A stretch of 32,000 bases of DNA from an uncultured bacterium (GCA_963704705.1 OY969931.1:90001-122000); one strand, 5' to 3'; positions 18,842-27,259 are shown, numbered from the stretch's first letter. Notes: generated by a model from the sequence alone, not told the origin. Made by a program: numbers and translations.

Positions 18842-18929
18842 GGAGAGATGGCAGAGTGGTCGAATGCGGCGGTCTTGAAAACCGTTAGGCCTTAGGGTCT
18901 CCTGGGTTCGAATCCCAGTCTCTCCGCCA
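18842..18929 (+). tRNA. tRNA-Ser(UGA) with genome-encoded CCA
   Basis: GGAGAGA acceptor pairs with TCTCTCC; anticodon arm GCGGT-CTTGAAA-ACCGT (anticodon TGA); long variable arm; T arm CTGGGTTCGAATCCCAG; G discriminator then CCA. Confidence 0.96.
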
Positions 18930-18964
18930 TTTTAGAATATGCTAGTCGGATAGCAGGTGAATAA

Positions 18965-19222
18965 TTATTTTTTCTTAGCAATTAGATTATAAACAAATGC
19001 GAGTATTGCTCCACCTATTGCACCGTCGATAAATCCCAGAAGGCCTCCTATAATTCCGCCTAAAAGACCGGGTTCGAATCCGATATAAAGTGAGCTGAGT
19101 GTTTGAACGATTCCCGCACCATAGCCTCCAACGGAAATCCATCCTAAGAACAGCATGTATAAGCCCCATGAGACTCCTGCAGCAATAGCAAAAGCCATTA
19201 CATTTAATTTTTGCATAGTCAT
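18965..19222 (-). CDS. Small Gly-rich membrane protein, copy A (paralog of 21709-21960)
   Basis: 85 aa; ISVGGYGAGIVQTLSSLYIGFEPGLLGGIIGGLLGFIDGAIGGAILAFVYNLI nearly identical to the protein encoded on the other side of the ATPase. Confidence 0.8.
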   Translation of the reverse strand: MTMQKLNVMAFAIAAGVSWGLYMLFLGWISVGGYGAGIVQTLSSLYIGFEPGLLGGIIGGLLGFIDGAIGGAILAFVYNLIAKKK

Positions 19223-19271
19223 GATTTTAAGAAATATAATATAGTTATAATAAATATTTTCATCACATTAT

Positions 19272-21671
19272 TCAATCATTATTCGTTTGACCTTTTAATT
19301 TATCAATAATTCGGTAAGACAAAACTTTCACCTGATCATTAATAAGCCACCAGACAATTGCATAGAGCCACATCAATCCTGCCAGCTTCCAGCCTATTGG
19401 TTCCATGAATATACCGTATACTGCAATTAACGTACCTATTGCTCTTGATCCAAATGCAGGAATAAAAAACTTTAATGAAGGAAAAGGTTTATGCCAAAAA
19501 TGGTATCTGCCTGTTCGTGTTAAATATAGAGTTGAATGGCCTGCAACATCCAGTTTTATAAATAATAAAGTTTGTATTAAAGCCAATGGAACAGCATAAG
19601 CCTGTAATATAAAAAATATTAGAAATGATGCAACAAGCCCGGCAGTCCCCAAAATAATTGCAATTATAATGGTATCTTTTAAATGCCAGCGTATAGGTTT
19701 TGGAGAAACCGGCGCATTGTCATAAGCAATTGCCATTACAGGTATGTCATTTAATAAAGCAAGTGCGATAATCATTACAGCCGTAATAGGATAAAAATTA
19801 AACACTATAATTGAAACTGACATGAATAATACAATACGTATTGTTTCAGCTATACGAAACGTTGCGTAGGCTTCCATTCGTCCAAAAATAACACGCGCAC
19901 TATTTATAGCCTGATGAATGACTGACAAACCAGGTTTTAATAATATTAAGTCAGCGGAAGATCTGGCTGCATCAGTTGCACCGGAAACAGCTATACCAAT
20001 ATTTGCTTCTTTTAATGCAGGAGCATCGTTAACACCGTCTCCTGTCATTGCTACAATATGTTTATGTTTTTGCAACGATTTAACGATGTCATATTTATCT
20101 TCCGGCAGAACTTCCGAAAAAGCATCGGTATCCATAATCTCCTTATAAGGTTCGGATTTACCTTTTTTCTTCTTCCCAAGTGCTGACGATGCAACTAAAA
20201 CCTTTTTCCCAAGTTTTAATATCCCACTGATTTGTTTCGCTATTGCAACATTGTCACCGGTCAGCATTTTTACCTTTATACCTAATTTTTTTATAAATGA
20301 AATAACTCTTGCAGAATCATCACGAGGCGCATCATATAAAGCAATAACACCAACGAGTTTATATTTTTTTTCTGTTTTTTCTTTAATGCAAATTGCTAAA
20401 GTTCTAAAACCTTTATTCGCATAGTTATCCACATCATTTGTAAGTTTATCGGAAAATGAGTTTTTAGGTATTAATTTTGAAACTACCTGTGAAGCGCCTT
20501 TAATAATTTCAAATGTTTTGCCACCTTTACTAACCATAGCCCTTGTAAATTTTTTGTCAGGATCAAAGGGTGTAAAATTTTCTACCTTATATAACTTTAA
20601 GTTTTTGGAAAGCTTTTTTTTGTCGGAATATTCATATATTGGAATTTCTATGGGATCATTATTTTCTTTTTTGCTTGCAAGCATTGCAAAAGTAAATAAT
20701 GATTTTTCATCATATTTATTGTATGTGAAATATGATGAAACAGTCATTTTATTCTTAGTTAGTGTGCCTGTTTTATCGGAACATAATATATCAACGCCGG
20801 CTAATTCTTCTATTGATTGAAGATCCGCAACAACAGCATGTTTTTTTGCTAAATTATAAGCACCAACAGCTAATGTAACTGATAACACAGCAGGAAGGGC
20901 AACAGGAATTGAGGCAATCGCTAAAATAAGAGCAAATCTAAATGTTTCAATAACAGAATCTCCTCGTAATAAAGATATCGCCACCAATATTGTAATGATA
21001 AACAGCGTAGATAATATTAAAAAATGCCCAATATTAATAATTGCTTTTTGAAAATGGCTTACATTATTTTTTTCAGCTTTGGCTACTAAAGCTACATTTT
21101 TCCCGAAGAAGGTATTTTTACCGGTTTTAGTTATTTCAGCGAGCATTTCGCCAACTTTAACTACAATATTTCCATAAATATTTTCACCTACTTTTTTTTC
21201 TACAGGTAATGACTCTCCTGTAATGGATGATTGATCAACTAAAAGATATTTACCTTGGCGTAAGATAGCATCCGCAGGAACAACATCTCCGATTTTTAAT
21301 TCAATTATATCACCCGGAACTAAAAATTTTGCTGGTATTGTAGAGAATTTACCATCACGTAAAACCAATGCTTTAGGTGATAACGTAGCCTTTAATGCCT
21401 TTAAAGCTTTATTGGCTTTTTGTTCCTGAAGAAAATCAACAATTATATTAAGGGAAAGTAATACGGAAATAATTATCAGATCATCCCATTTCCCTACAAT
21501 TGTTGAAAATACCATAGCCAACTCAATCATCAATGGTATAGGGCCAATAAATTTTCCTATAAAACGTATAAAAGCAGGAGTTGATTTTTCAGTGATTTCA
21601 TTTAAGCCAAATTGTTTTTGTCTTTCGTTGGCTTCTTTTTCAGTTAATCCATTTTTAAGATCTGTTGGCAT
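19272..21671 (-). CDS. P-type ATPase, plasma-membrane H+-ATPase-like (P3A)
   Basis: SSITGESLPVEK, phosphorylation motif CSDKTGTLTKNKM, MLTGDNVAIAKQI, MTGDGVNDAPALKEANIGIAVSGATDAARSSADLILL, ALLNDIPVMAIAYDN. Confidence 0.93.
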   Translation of the reverse strand: MPTDLKNGLTEKEANERQKQFGLNEITEKSTPAFIRFIGKFIGPIPLMIELAMVFSTIVGKWDDLIIISVLLSLNIIVDFLQEQKANKALKALKATLSPKALVLRDGKFSTIPAKFLVPGDIIELKIGDVVPADAILRQGKYLLVDQSSITGESLPVEKKVGENIYGNIVVKVGEMLAEITKTGKNTFFGKNVALVAKAEKNNVSHFQKAIINIGHFLILSTLFIITILVAISLLRGDSVIETFRFALILAIASIPVALPAVLSVTLAVGAYNLAKKHAVVADLQSIEELAGVDILCSDKTGTLTKNKMTVSSYFTYNKYDEKSLFTFAMLASKKENNDPIEIPIYEYSDKKKLSKNLKLYKVENFTPFDPDKKFTRAMVSKGGKTFEIIKGASQVVSKLIPKNSFSDKLTNDVDNYANKGFRTLAICIKEKTEKKYKLVGVIALYDAPRDDSARVISFIKKLGIKVKMLTGDNVAIAKQISGILKLGKKVLVASSALGKKKKGKSEPYKEIMDTDAFSEVLPEDKYDIVKSLQKHKHIVAMTGDGVNDAPALKEANIGIAVSGATDAARSSADLILLKPGLSVIHQAINSARVIFGRMEAYATFRIAETIRIVLFMSVSIIVFNFYPITAVMIIALALLNDIPVMAIAYDNAPVSPKPIRWHLKDTIIIAIILGTAGLVASFLIFFILQAYAVPLALIQTLLFIKLDVAGHSTLYLTRTGRYHFWHKPFPSLKFFIPAFGSRAIGTLIAVYGIFMEPIGWKLAGLMWLYAIVWWLINDQVKVLSYRIIDKLKGQTNND

Positions 21672-21708
21672 ATTTTTAATTAAAATAATAAATTTAATTT
21701 TGCCAAAA

Positions 21709-21960
21709 TTATTTTTCTCTGGTGATCAAATTATAAATAAAAGCGAATATTGCACCACCTATTGCACCGTCGATAAATCCCAAAAGGCCTCCTATGATAC
21801 CGCCTAAAAGACCGGGTTCGAAGCCGATATAGAGCGAACCGAAGGTCTGTACAATCCCCTTACCATAACCTCCAACTGAAATCCATCCCAAAATCAACAT
21901 TGCAAAGCCCCATGTTATTCCTGCAGCAATAGCAAAAGTCATTACATTGAATTTTTTCAT
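21709..21960 (-). CDS. Small Gly-rich membrane protein, copy B (paralog of 18965-19222)
   Basis: 83 aa; ISVGGYGKGIVQTFGSLYIGFEPGLLGGIIGGLLGFIDGAIGGAIFAFIYNLITREK. Confidence 0.8.
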   Translation of the reverse strand: MKKFNVMTFAIAAGITWGFAMLILGWISVGGYGKGIVQTFGSLYIGFEPGLLGGIIGGLLGFIDGAIGGAIFAFIYNLITREK

Positions 21961-22120
21961 AATAATAATTTTAAGAAATATAATATAAATATAATAGCAA
22001 TTCTAGTTGCTTCATTCAATAATATTGCTTCATGCCCTTAACTTCAATTCTTGCAAAACTTCAAGATAAAACAGAATTAGATTCGATATGAATTCGTACA
22101 TTGTACATGATTTTGTGCCA

Positions 22121-22144
22121 GGCTTTATTAAAAGCCTTTTTTTT
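22121..22144 (+). terminator. Rho-independent-like terminator with no obvious upstream plus-strand gene
   Basis: GGCTTT-ATTA-AAAGCC followed by TTTTTTTT. Confidence 0.7.
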
Positions 22145-22192
22145 GTTATAATAATATGAACATTTTGAACCTAAAATTAAAACAAATACAAA

Positions 22193-22531
22193 ATGCCAAC
22201 TGGATCACAAGTAATACATCATCTTCAGCAACAAAAAAGTTCGCTTGAAGCTGTTATAAAACCAAAAACCAAATTCCAGATAATGCTTGATAAAATGGTT
22301 TATTTAACTGGCGCGGCATCTGTGTTTATGGCAATTCCTCAGGTTATGCAAATATGGGGAACTCAGAGCGCGCAGGGTGTTTCTTTTATTACATGGTTTA
22401 CTTTTTTAATTAATGCGGTGATTTGGTCTGTTTATGGTTTTTATCATAAAGAAAAGCAAATTATTATAATGTATATCGCATATTTTTTTATTGATTTGTT
22501 TATTGTTTCAGGAATTATAATTTATGGATAA
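22193..22531 (+). CDS. SemiSWEET/PQ-loop family transporter-like protein
   Basis: LTGAASVFMAIPQVMQIWGTQSAQGVSFITWFTFLINAVIWSVYGFYHKEKQIIIMYIAYFFIDLFIV: three TM segments with a PQ motif. Confidence 0.88.
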   Translation: MPTGSQVIHHLQQQKSSLEAVIKPKTKFQIMLDKMVYLTGAASVFMAIPQVMQIWGTQSAQGVSFITWFTFLINAVIWSVYGFYHKEKQIIIMYIAYFFIDLFIVSGIIIYG

Positions 22532-23667
22532 TGGCTAAAAAACAAAGAAATCAGTACAAATGCTGTTGTAATATGAAATGGGGTTTATTGATAATTTTAT
22601 TTGCGATTGCAATAGTAGTAGCTTTAATCCTTGCAGAAGCAAATTCTCAGGCGAAAACAAAAAGTGAAAGCCCGTATTATAAAGCTATTGAACTCGGAGG
22701 AGAATGGTTTTTGGATAATCAAAATGACGATTTTTTGCATTACACTTATTATCCATTTGAAGATAGATATAGTGAAGAAAGTCATGGAATGCAAGAAATG
22801 GGTGCTCTATGGTCGATAGCAAAATTAAGTAACTATTTGGAAGATCCAAGATTTGAATTGCTTGCCCAAAAAGGTTTTAGCTATTTTGAAAAATACTTTG
22901 AATATTCAAAGGACCGTGATTTCATTTATGTAAATATCACACCGCAAAAAATTAAACTCGAATACAGTGCTTTTGCAATCTTGTCGCTTATTGAAATCGA
23001 TTATCCAAATAAAGATGAACTTTTGGATAAGCTGGCTCAGGGAATTTTAAACTTACAGCAGGCAAACGGGAGTTTGCGAACTTTCTTTTATTCAGTTCGT
23101 TCAACAGGAAAAGATTATTATCCAGGGGAGGCGCTATTGGCTTTGATGTCTCTTTATGAATATACGGGCAATCAGGAATATTTAAATGCTGTGAAAAAAG
23201 CTTTTCCTTATTATGTTGATTATTTTGATAAGAACCCGAATACAGCTTTTATACCTTGGCAAACTCGCGCATACTATAAATTATTTAAGGCTACAGGTGA
23301 CCCTGAAGTGCGATCTTTTATTTTTAAAATGAATGATTTTATACTGCGCCAATATAAACCAAAAGCAAAATGCAGCAATTTTGAATTGAACGGAATTGTT
23401 ACTGCTGTTCATGCGGAAGGCGTTAATATGGCTTATGATCTGGCTCGTTCTGCTCAGGACAAAGTACGCGCAACCTGTTATAAAAATTTCTCAAAAGAAG
23501 TGGCTGACTATGTTTTAAGTCTCCAGTTAACAGAAGGCAATAATTTTATTAAAAGGGGTATTGGTGGATTTTTACGTGATCCTGCTTCAGATTTCCAAAG
23601 GGTCGATCTCAATCAGCATGCGGTTTTGGCCTTGCTGGATATGCTTAATTTTGGCATTTTGGAATGA
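22531..23667 (+). CDS. Membrane-anchored protein with probable (alpha/alpha)-barrel fold
   Basis: N-terminal TM GLLIILFAIAIVVALILAEA; repeated helical-pair motifs (MGALWSIAKLSNYLEDPRFELLAQKGFSYFEKYFE; EALLALMSLYEYTGNQEYLNAVKKAFPYYVDYFDKNPNTAFIPW). The fold is inferred from pattern. Confidence 0.65.
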   Translation: MAKKQRNQYKCCCNMKWGLLIILFAIAIVVALILAEANSQAKTKSESPYYKAIELGGEWFLDNQNDDFLHYTYYPFEDRYSEESHGMQEMGALWSIAKLSNYLEDPRFELLAQKGFSYFEKYFEYSKDRDFIYVNITPQKIKLEYSAFAILSLIEIDYPNKDELLDKLAQGILNLQQANGSLRTFFYSVRSTGKDYYPGEALLALMSLYEYTGNQEYLNAVKKAFPYYVDYFDKNPNTAFIPWQTRAYYKLFKATGDPEVRSFIFKMNDFILRQYKPKAKCSNFELNGIVTAVHAEGVNMAYDLARSAQDKVRATCYKNFSKEVADYVLSLQLTEGNNFIKRGIGGFLRDPASDFQRVDLNQHAVLALLDMLNFGILE

Positions 23668-23704
23668 TGCTATATAATCAAATATAGCATTTAACCTTTT
23701 TATT

Positions 23705-24115
23705 ATGGTCGGTTTTGAATCAATCAATTTTCTGGCAATTTTTGTTGCTGGCTTGTCAGCTTTTGTGCTTGGCAGCCTTTGGTATTCACCACTGCTTTTT
23801 GGTGATCTTTGGAAAAAACTAGCAGGAACAAAAAAGGGAAAAAAAGATAAATACATATGGCTCCGATTTCTGATTTATTTAATTGGAATGCTTGTTATGT
23901 CGTTTGTGCTTGCGCATTTTTTAATTTTTGCAGCTGCCGTTACTTATGTTGAAGGCTTGATAACAGCATTTTGGCTCTGGCTTGGTTTTATTGCTCCTAT
24001 TACTATCGGTGGTGTTCTTTGGGAGAAAAAATCAATCAGTCTTTTTGCGTTAAATAATGCATATAATTTAATTGCGCTTGGATTGATGGCAACTATTTTA
24101 ATTGCAATGTCGTAA
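23705..24115 (+). CDS. DUF1761-like small membrane protein
   Basis: INFLAIFVAGLSAFVLGSLWYSPLLFGDLWKKLAG...LIYLIGMLVMSFVLAHFLIFA. Confidence 0.8.
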   Translation: MVGFESINFLAIFVAGLSAFVLGSLWYSPLLFGDLWKKLAGTKKGKKDKYIWLRFLIYLIGMLVMSFVLAHFLIFAAAVTYVEGLITAFWLWLGFIAPITIGGVLWEKKSISLFALNNAYNLIALGLMATILIAMS

Positions 24116-24808
24116 ATGAAAACATCGGATATTCAGAAAGAATTAAAAGCTTTGGTTACCCCTGGGAAAGCTGAACTTTTAGCTCGGTTTTTTAAAACCG
24201 GAAAAGGGGAATATGGAGAAGGCGATATTTTTATCGGGGTTATGGTTCCTCAAATTCGTGAAGCTGCAAAAAAATTTAAAGAAATTTCACTTATTGAATT
24301 GCAAAAATTAATTCAGAGCGAAATACACGAAGAACGGCTTTGTGCAGCCTTAATTTTAACATATAAAAAACTTGGCAAAGACATTGTGGATTTTTATTTG
24401 CGAAATACCAAGTACTTAAATAATTGGGATATTATTGATTTAACAGCTCCGAGAATTTTAGGAAATTGGATGTTGGAGAATAAAAATGATAGAAAAATTT
24501 TGTATAAATTCGCAAAATCGAAATCTTTATGGGAGAGAAGGATCGCTGTACTTTCAACTTTTATGTTTATAAGAGAGCGTGATTTTTCCGATTCGTTTGC
24601 CATTAGCGAAATTTTACTTAATGATACACATGATCTAATACATAAAGCGGTTGGCTGGATGCTGCGCGAAATAGGAAAACGTGATCAAAAAACAGAAGAA
24701 AAATTTCTGCAAAAATACTATAAAAAAATGCCGCGAACTATGTTAAGATACGCTATTGAACGGTTCGAAGAAACTAAACGAAAATCTTATTTAAATGGAA
24801 CTAAATAA
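24116..24808 (+). CDS. DNA alkylation repair (AlkD-like HEAT-repeat) protein
   Basis: LLARFFKTGKGEYGEGDIFIGVMVPQIREAAKKFKE; NWDIIDLTAPRILGNWML; WERRIAVLSTFMFIRERDF; HKAVGWMLREIGKRDQ. Confidence 0.93.
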   Translation: MKTSDIQKELKALVTPGKAELLARFFKTGKGEYGEGDIFIGVMVPQIREAAKKFKEISLIELQKLIQSEIHEERLCAALILTYKKLGKDIVDFYLRNTKYLNNWDIIDLTAPRILGNWMLENKNDRKILYKFAKSKSLWERRIAVLSTFMFIRERDFSDSFAISEILLNDTHDLIHKAVGWMLREIGKRDQKTEEKFLQKYYKKMPRTMLRYAIERFEETKRKSYLNGTK

Positions 24809-25607
24809 TGTACTGATAGCTTTCGGACTCACTTTATTTGCAGGTCTTTCTACGGGAATCGGCAGCGCTTTGGCTTTTTTTACAAAGCACACTAATAAAA
24901 AAGCTTTGTCTGTAGCTCTGGGTTTTTCTGCCGGAGTCATGATTTATGTTTCTTTTATTGAGATTTTTCCTGAAGCAAAAAATCATTTAATGCTTACACA
25001 GGGTGATTTTAATGGCAGGTGGATTGCAGTTGGGGCTTTTTTTCTTGGAATATTTTTGGCTGCAATTATAGACAGAGTGATTCCTTCTTTTGAAAATCCA
25101 CATGAACTTCATACTGTTGAAGAATTAGAAAAACATAAAGATAAACGCGAATGTAAAAGGTTAATGAGAATGGGGATTTTTGTTGCCTTGGCAATTGCAA
25201 TACATAATTTTCCTGAGGGATTTGCAACTTTTGCATCTGCGCTTATTGATTTAAAGCTTGGTATCGCCATTGCAATCGCTATTGCTATACATAATATCCC
25301 TGAGGGTATTGCTATATCATTTCCTATTTATTGCGCTACAAATAATAAGAAAAAGGCATTCGTATATTCATTTTTATCCGGATTAACTGAACCATTAGGT
25401 GCTTTGGTCGGCTATTTTATTTTGCTTCCTTATTTGAATGATACTGTTTTAGGAATAGTTTTGGGAGCGGTTGCCGGACTTATGGTTTTTATTTCATTGG
25501 ATGAATTGGTCCCTGCTTCCCGCGAATTTGGCCATCCGCATTTGGCAATTTATGGCTTAATTGCCGGAATGAGCATAATGGCACTTAGCCTTCTGTTGGC
25601 TATTTAA
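24795..25607 (+). CDS. zupT: ZIP-family metal transporter, ZupT-like
   Basis: LSTGIGSALAFFTKHTNKKALSVALGFSAGVMIYVSFIEIFPEA; AIAIHNFPEGFATF; AIAIHNIPEGIAISFPIYCAT. Confidence 0.92.
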   Translation: MELNNVLIAFGLTLFAGLSTGIGSALAFFTKHTNKKALSVALGFSAGVMIYVSFIEIFPEAKNHLMLTQGDFNGRWIAVGAFFLGIFLAAIIDRVIPSFENPHELHTVEELEKHKDKRECKRLMRMGIFVALAIAIHNFPEGFATFASALIDLKLGIAIAIAIAIHNIPEGIAISFPIYCATNNKKKAFVYSFLSGLTEPLGALVGYFILLPYLNDTVLGIVLGAVAGLMVFISLDELVPASREFGHPHLAIYGLIAGMSIMALSLLLAI

Positions 25608-25614
25608 ATTATAA

Positions 25615-25642
25615 TTGACAAATTAAATAAATATGTTAGAAT
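25615..25642 (+). promoter_or_regulatory. Near-consensus sigma70-type promoter upstream of the GC-rich mini-ORF
   Basis: TTGACA (25615-25620), 16-nt spacer, TAGAAT (25637-25642). Confidence 0.7.
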
Positions 25643-25692
25643 AAACTCAGTGTGAATTTTGACATCGGGTTTTTTAACCCAAGGAGGATAGT

Positions 25693-25899
25693 GTGATGCT
25701 GAATTTCATGGGAATGGTAATCCATCTGGTCGCGGACTACATGCCCATCGATGGAGAGTCGACAGGATTCGTCCATCTCAACGCATACCCAGACCCGCTT
25801 CATCCCGGTCAGTTCACTATCCACGAGTGGCTGAGCCGCAGCTCCATCCTGGAGCCGTGGATCAAGTCGTACTGTCTCGTGCCGAACGCCTGCAACTAG
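25693..25899 (+). CDS. Putative 68-aa (GTG start) or 67-aa (ATG at 25696) protein of foreign composition
   Basis: AAGGAGG Shine-Dalgarno at 25681-25687; MLNFMGMVIHLVADYMPIDGESTGFVHLNAYPDPLHPGQFTIHEWLSRSSILEPWIKSYCLVPNACN; about 76% GC at third codon positions by hand count. Confidence 0.55.
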   Translation: MMLNFMGMVIHLVADYMPIDGESTGFVHLNAYPDPLHPGQFTIHEWLSRSSILEPWIKSYCLVPNACN

Positions 25900-25932
25900 C
25901 CGACAGTTCTGCCGGACACCCGCCGTTCACAT

Positions 25933-25955
25933 GGGGCTAGCTCTAAAGCTGCCCC
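25933..25955. other. Stable hairpin immediately 3' of the GC-rich mini-ORF
   Basis: GGGGC-(T)-AGCT-CTAA-AGCT-GCCCC: 9 bp with one bulged T; no T tract. Confidence 0.6.
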
Positions 25956-25989
25956 CACCTCTGTCGATGAAATCGGCACTGATGAGTTC

Positions 25990-26772
25990 TTACTTCTTTT
26001 TACGCCAGAACGAAAGGTAAATAAAATATCCAACAGCAATTAATACAGGCAGAATGCTTAGCCACTGCCCCATCGATAAAGGAATGTCATAACTAAGTAC
26101 ATGCCTTTCTTTCCAAAATTCAACAATAAATCTCGTAATAAAATAAAGGAAAATATATAAAAATAAAATAAATAATGGCGGCAGTTTTTTAAACCATTTT
26201 AAATAAACAAATAACAACACAAAAAAAATCGCGAAACTTAAAGCCGATTCATATAATTGAGAAGGATGTCTTGGAAATTCTTCTCCCAATTTTTGAAATA
26301 CAACTCCCCAGCTGCCATCAGTTGGACGGCCAACAATCTCGCTGTTAAAAAAATTCCCTATTCTTACAAAGCCTGAAGTGATTGGAAAACCTATGACCAA
26401 TAAATCCAGATAAAATGTGAATTTTTTTTTGTGTATCCAAATCCATAATAAATAAGCGACCAAGAGACCAATTGCTGCGCCGTGGCTTGCCAGACCGCCT
26501 TTCCAAATCATAATGATTTCCAAAGGATTCTGAAGATAATACGTGAGATCATAAAACACAATGTGGCCGAGTCGCGCTCCAACAACCATACCTACAAATA
26601 AATAAAGCGCCACACTTTCCAGATCGCGCACATCCAGTTTTTCACGTTTAAAAATCCATCTTAAAACCAAATAGGTCAGCACAAGCCCGATTACAAACAA
26701 AAGGCCGTACCACCGTAGTGATAGCGGCCCCAAGTTAGCAATAATCGGAGATATATCGTGATAAAAAATCAA
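25990..26772 (-). CDS. lgt: Prolipoprotein diacylglyceryl transferase
   Basis: LGPLSLRWYGLLFVIGLVLTYLV; GMVVGARLGHIVFYDLTYYLQNPLEIIMIWKGGLASHGAAIG; RIGNFFNSEIVGRPTDGSWGVVF; RHPSQLYE. TTG start. Confidence 0.95.
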   Translation of the reverse strand: MIFYHDISPIIANLGPLSLRWYGLLFVIGLVLTYLVLRWIFKREKLDVRDLESVALYLFVGMVVGARLGHIVFYDLTYYLQNPLEIIMIWKGGLASHGAAIGLLVAYLLWIWIHKKKFTFYLDLLVIGFPITSGFVRIGNFFNSEIVGRPTDGSWGVVFQKLGEEFPRHPSQLYESALSFAIFFVLLFVYLKWFKKLPPLFILFLYIFLYFITRFIVEFWKERHVLSYDIPLSMGQWLSILPVLIAVGYFIYLSFWRKKK

Positions 26773-26773
26773 A

Positions 26774-27259
26774 TTAAATATTTTTTAGATCTTCTTCTAT
26801 TTGCTGTAAATCATCCTCGTGCTCAATTTCATCTTTTAAAATAGCTAATGCCATTTCGTAAGTTGTAACATCTTTATCTTTCGTCATGTCAGAAAGATCT
26901 TTGTAAACCTGTATTGCGCACTGTTCACCTTTAATATTTTGAGCAAGGATTTTTTTAATTGCAGGATCAGATGGTGCTGCATAGCCGCAGTTTGTTTTGT
27001 CATACCATTCTTTTGGTTCTAAAATAGGTGTTCCTCCAAGTTGAATTATTCTCATTGCAAGCATATCTGCGTGCCTAAGCTCATCAGCTGCGTGCTGAAT
27101 TAATTCTGCAACTGCTTCGCCTCGCATTGGACCTGAAATAACTTTTGAACCTACCCAGTATTGGTAGTATGCAAGCCATTCATCAGCAAGAGCTTTGTTT
27201 AATATGTCGATTAATTCTTTAACATCGAGGTCAAGAATTTCAATGCCTTTTGTTCCCAT
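26774..27259 (-). CDS. Ferritin-like / Dps-like protein (start re-assigned to MGTKGIEIL)
   Basis: LADEWLAYYQYWVGSKVISGP...AAVELIQHAADELRHADML-type motif (AELIQHAADELRHADMLAMRI) and LKDEIEHEDDLQQI, i.e. E...ExxH and ExxxH di-iron signatures. Confidence 0.9.
   Translation of the reverse strand: MGTKGIEILDLDVKELIDILNKALADEWLAYYQYWVGSKVISGPMRGEAVAELIQHAADELRHADMLAMRIIQLGGTPILEPKEWYDKTNCGYAAPSDPAIKKILAQNIKGEQCAIQVYKDLSDMTKDKDVTTYEMALAILKDEIEHEDDLQQIEEDLKNI

Noticed and set aside
18965-21960. ATPase plus flanking repeats as a composite transposon
   Set aside because: No transposase, no terminal inverted repeats or target-site duplication seen; the flanking repeats are coding paralogs.
25636-25824. 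Minus-strand 62-aa ORF opposite the GC-rich mini-ORF
   Set aside because: Promoter and Shine-Dalgarno signals support the plus-strand ORF; no RBS or promoter support for the minus-strand one.
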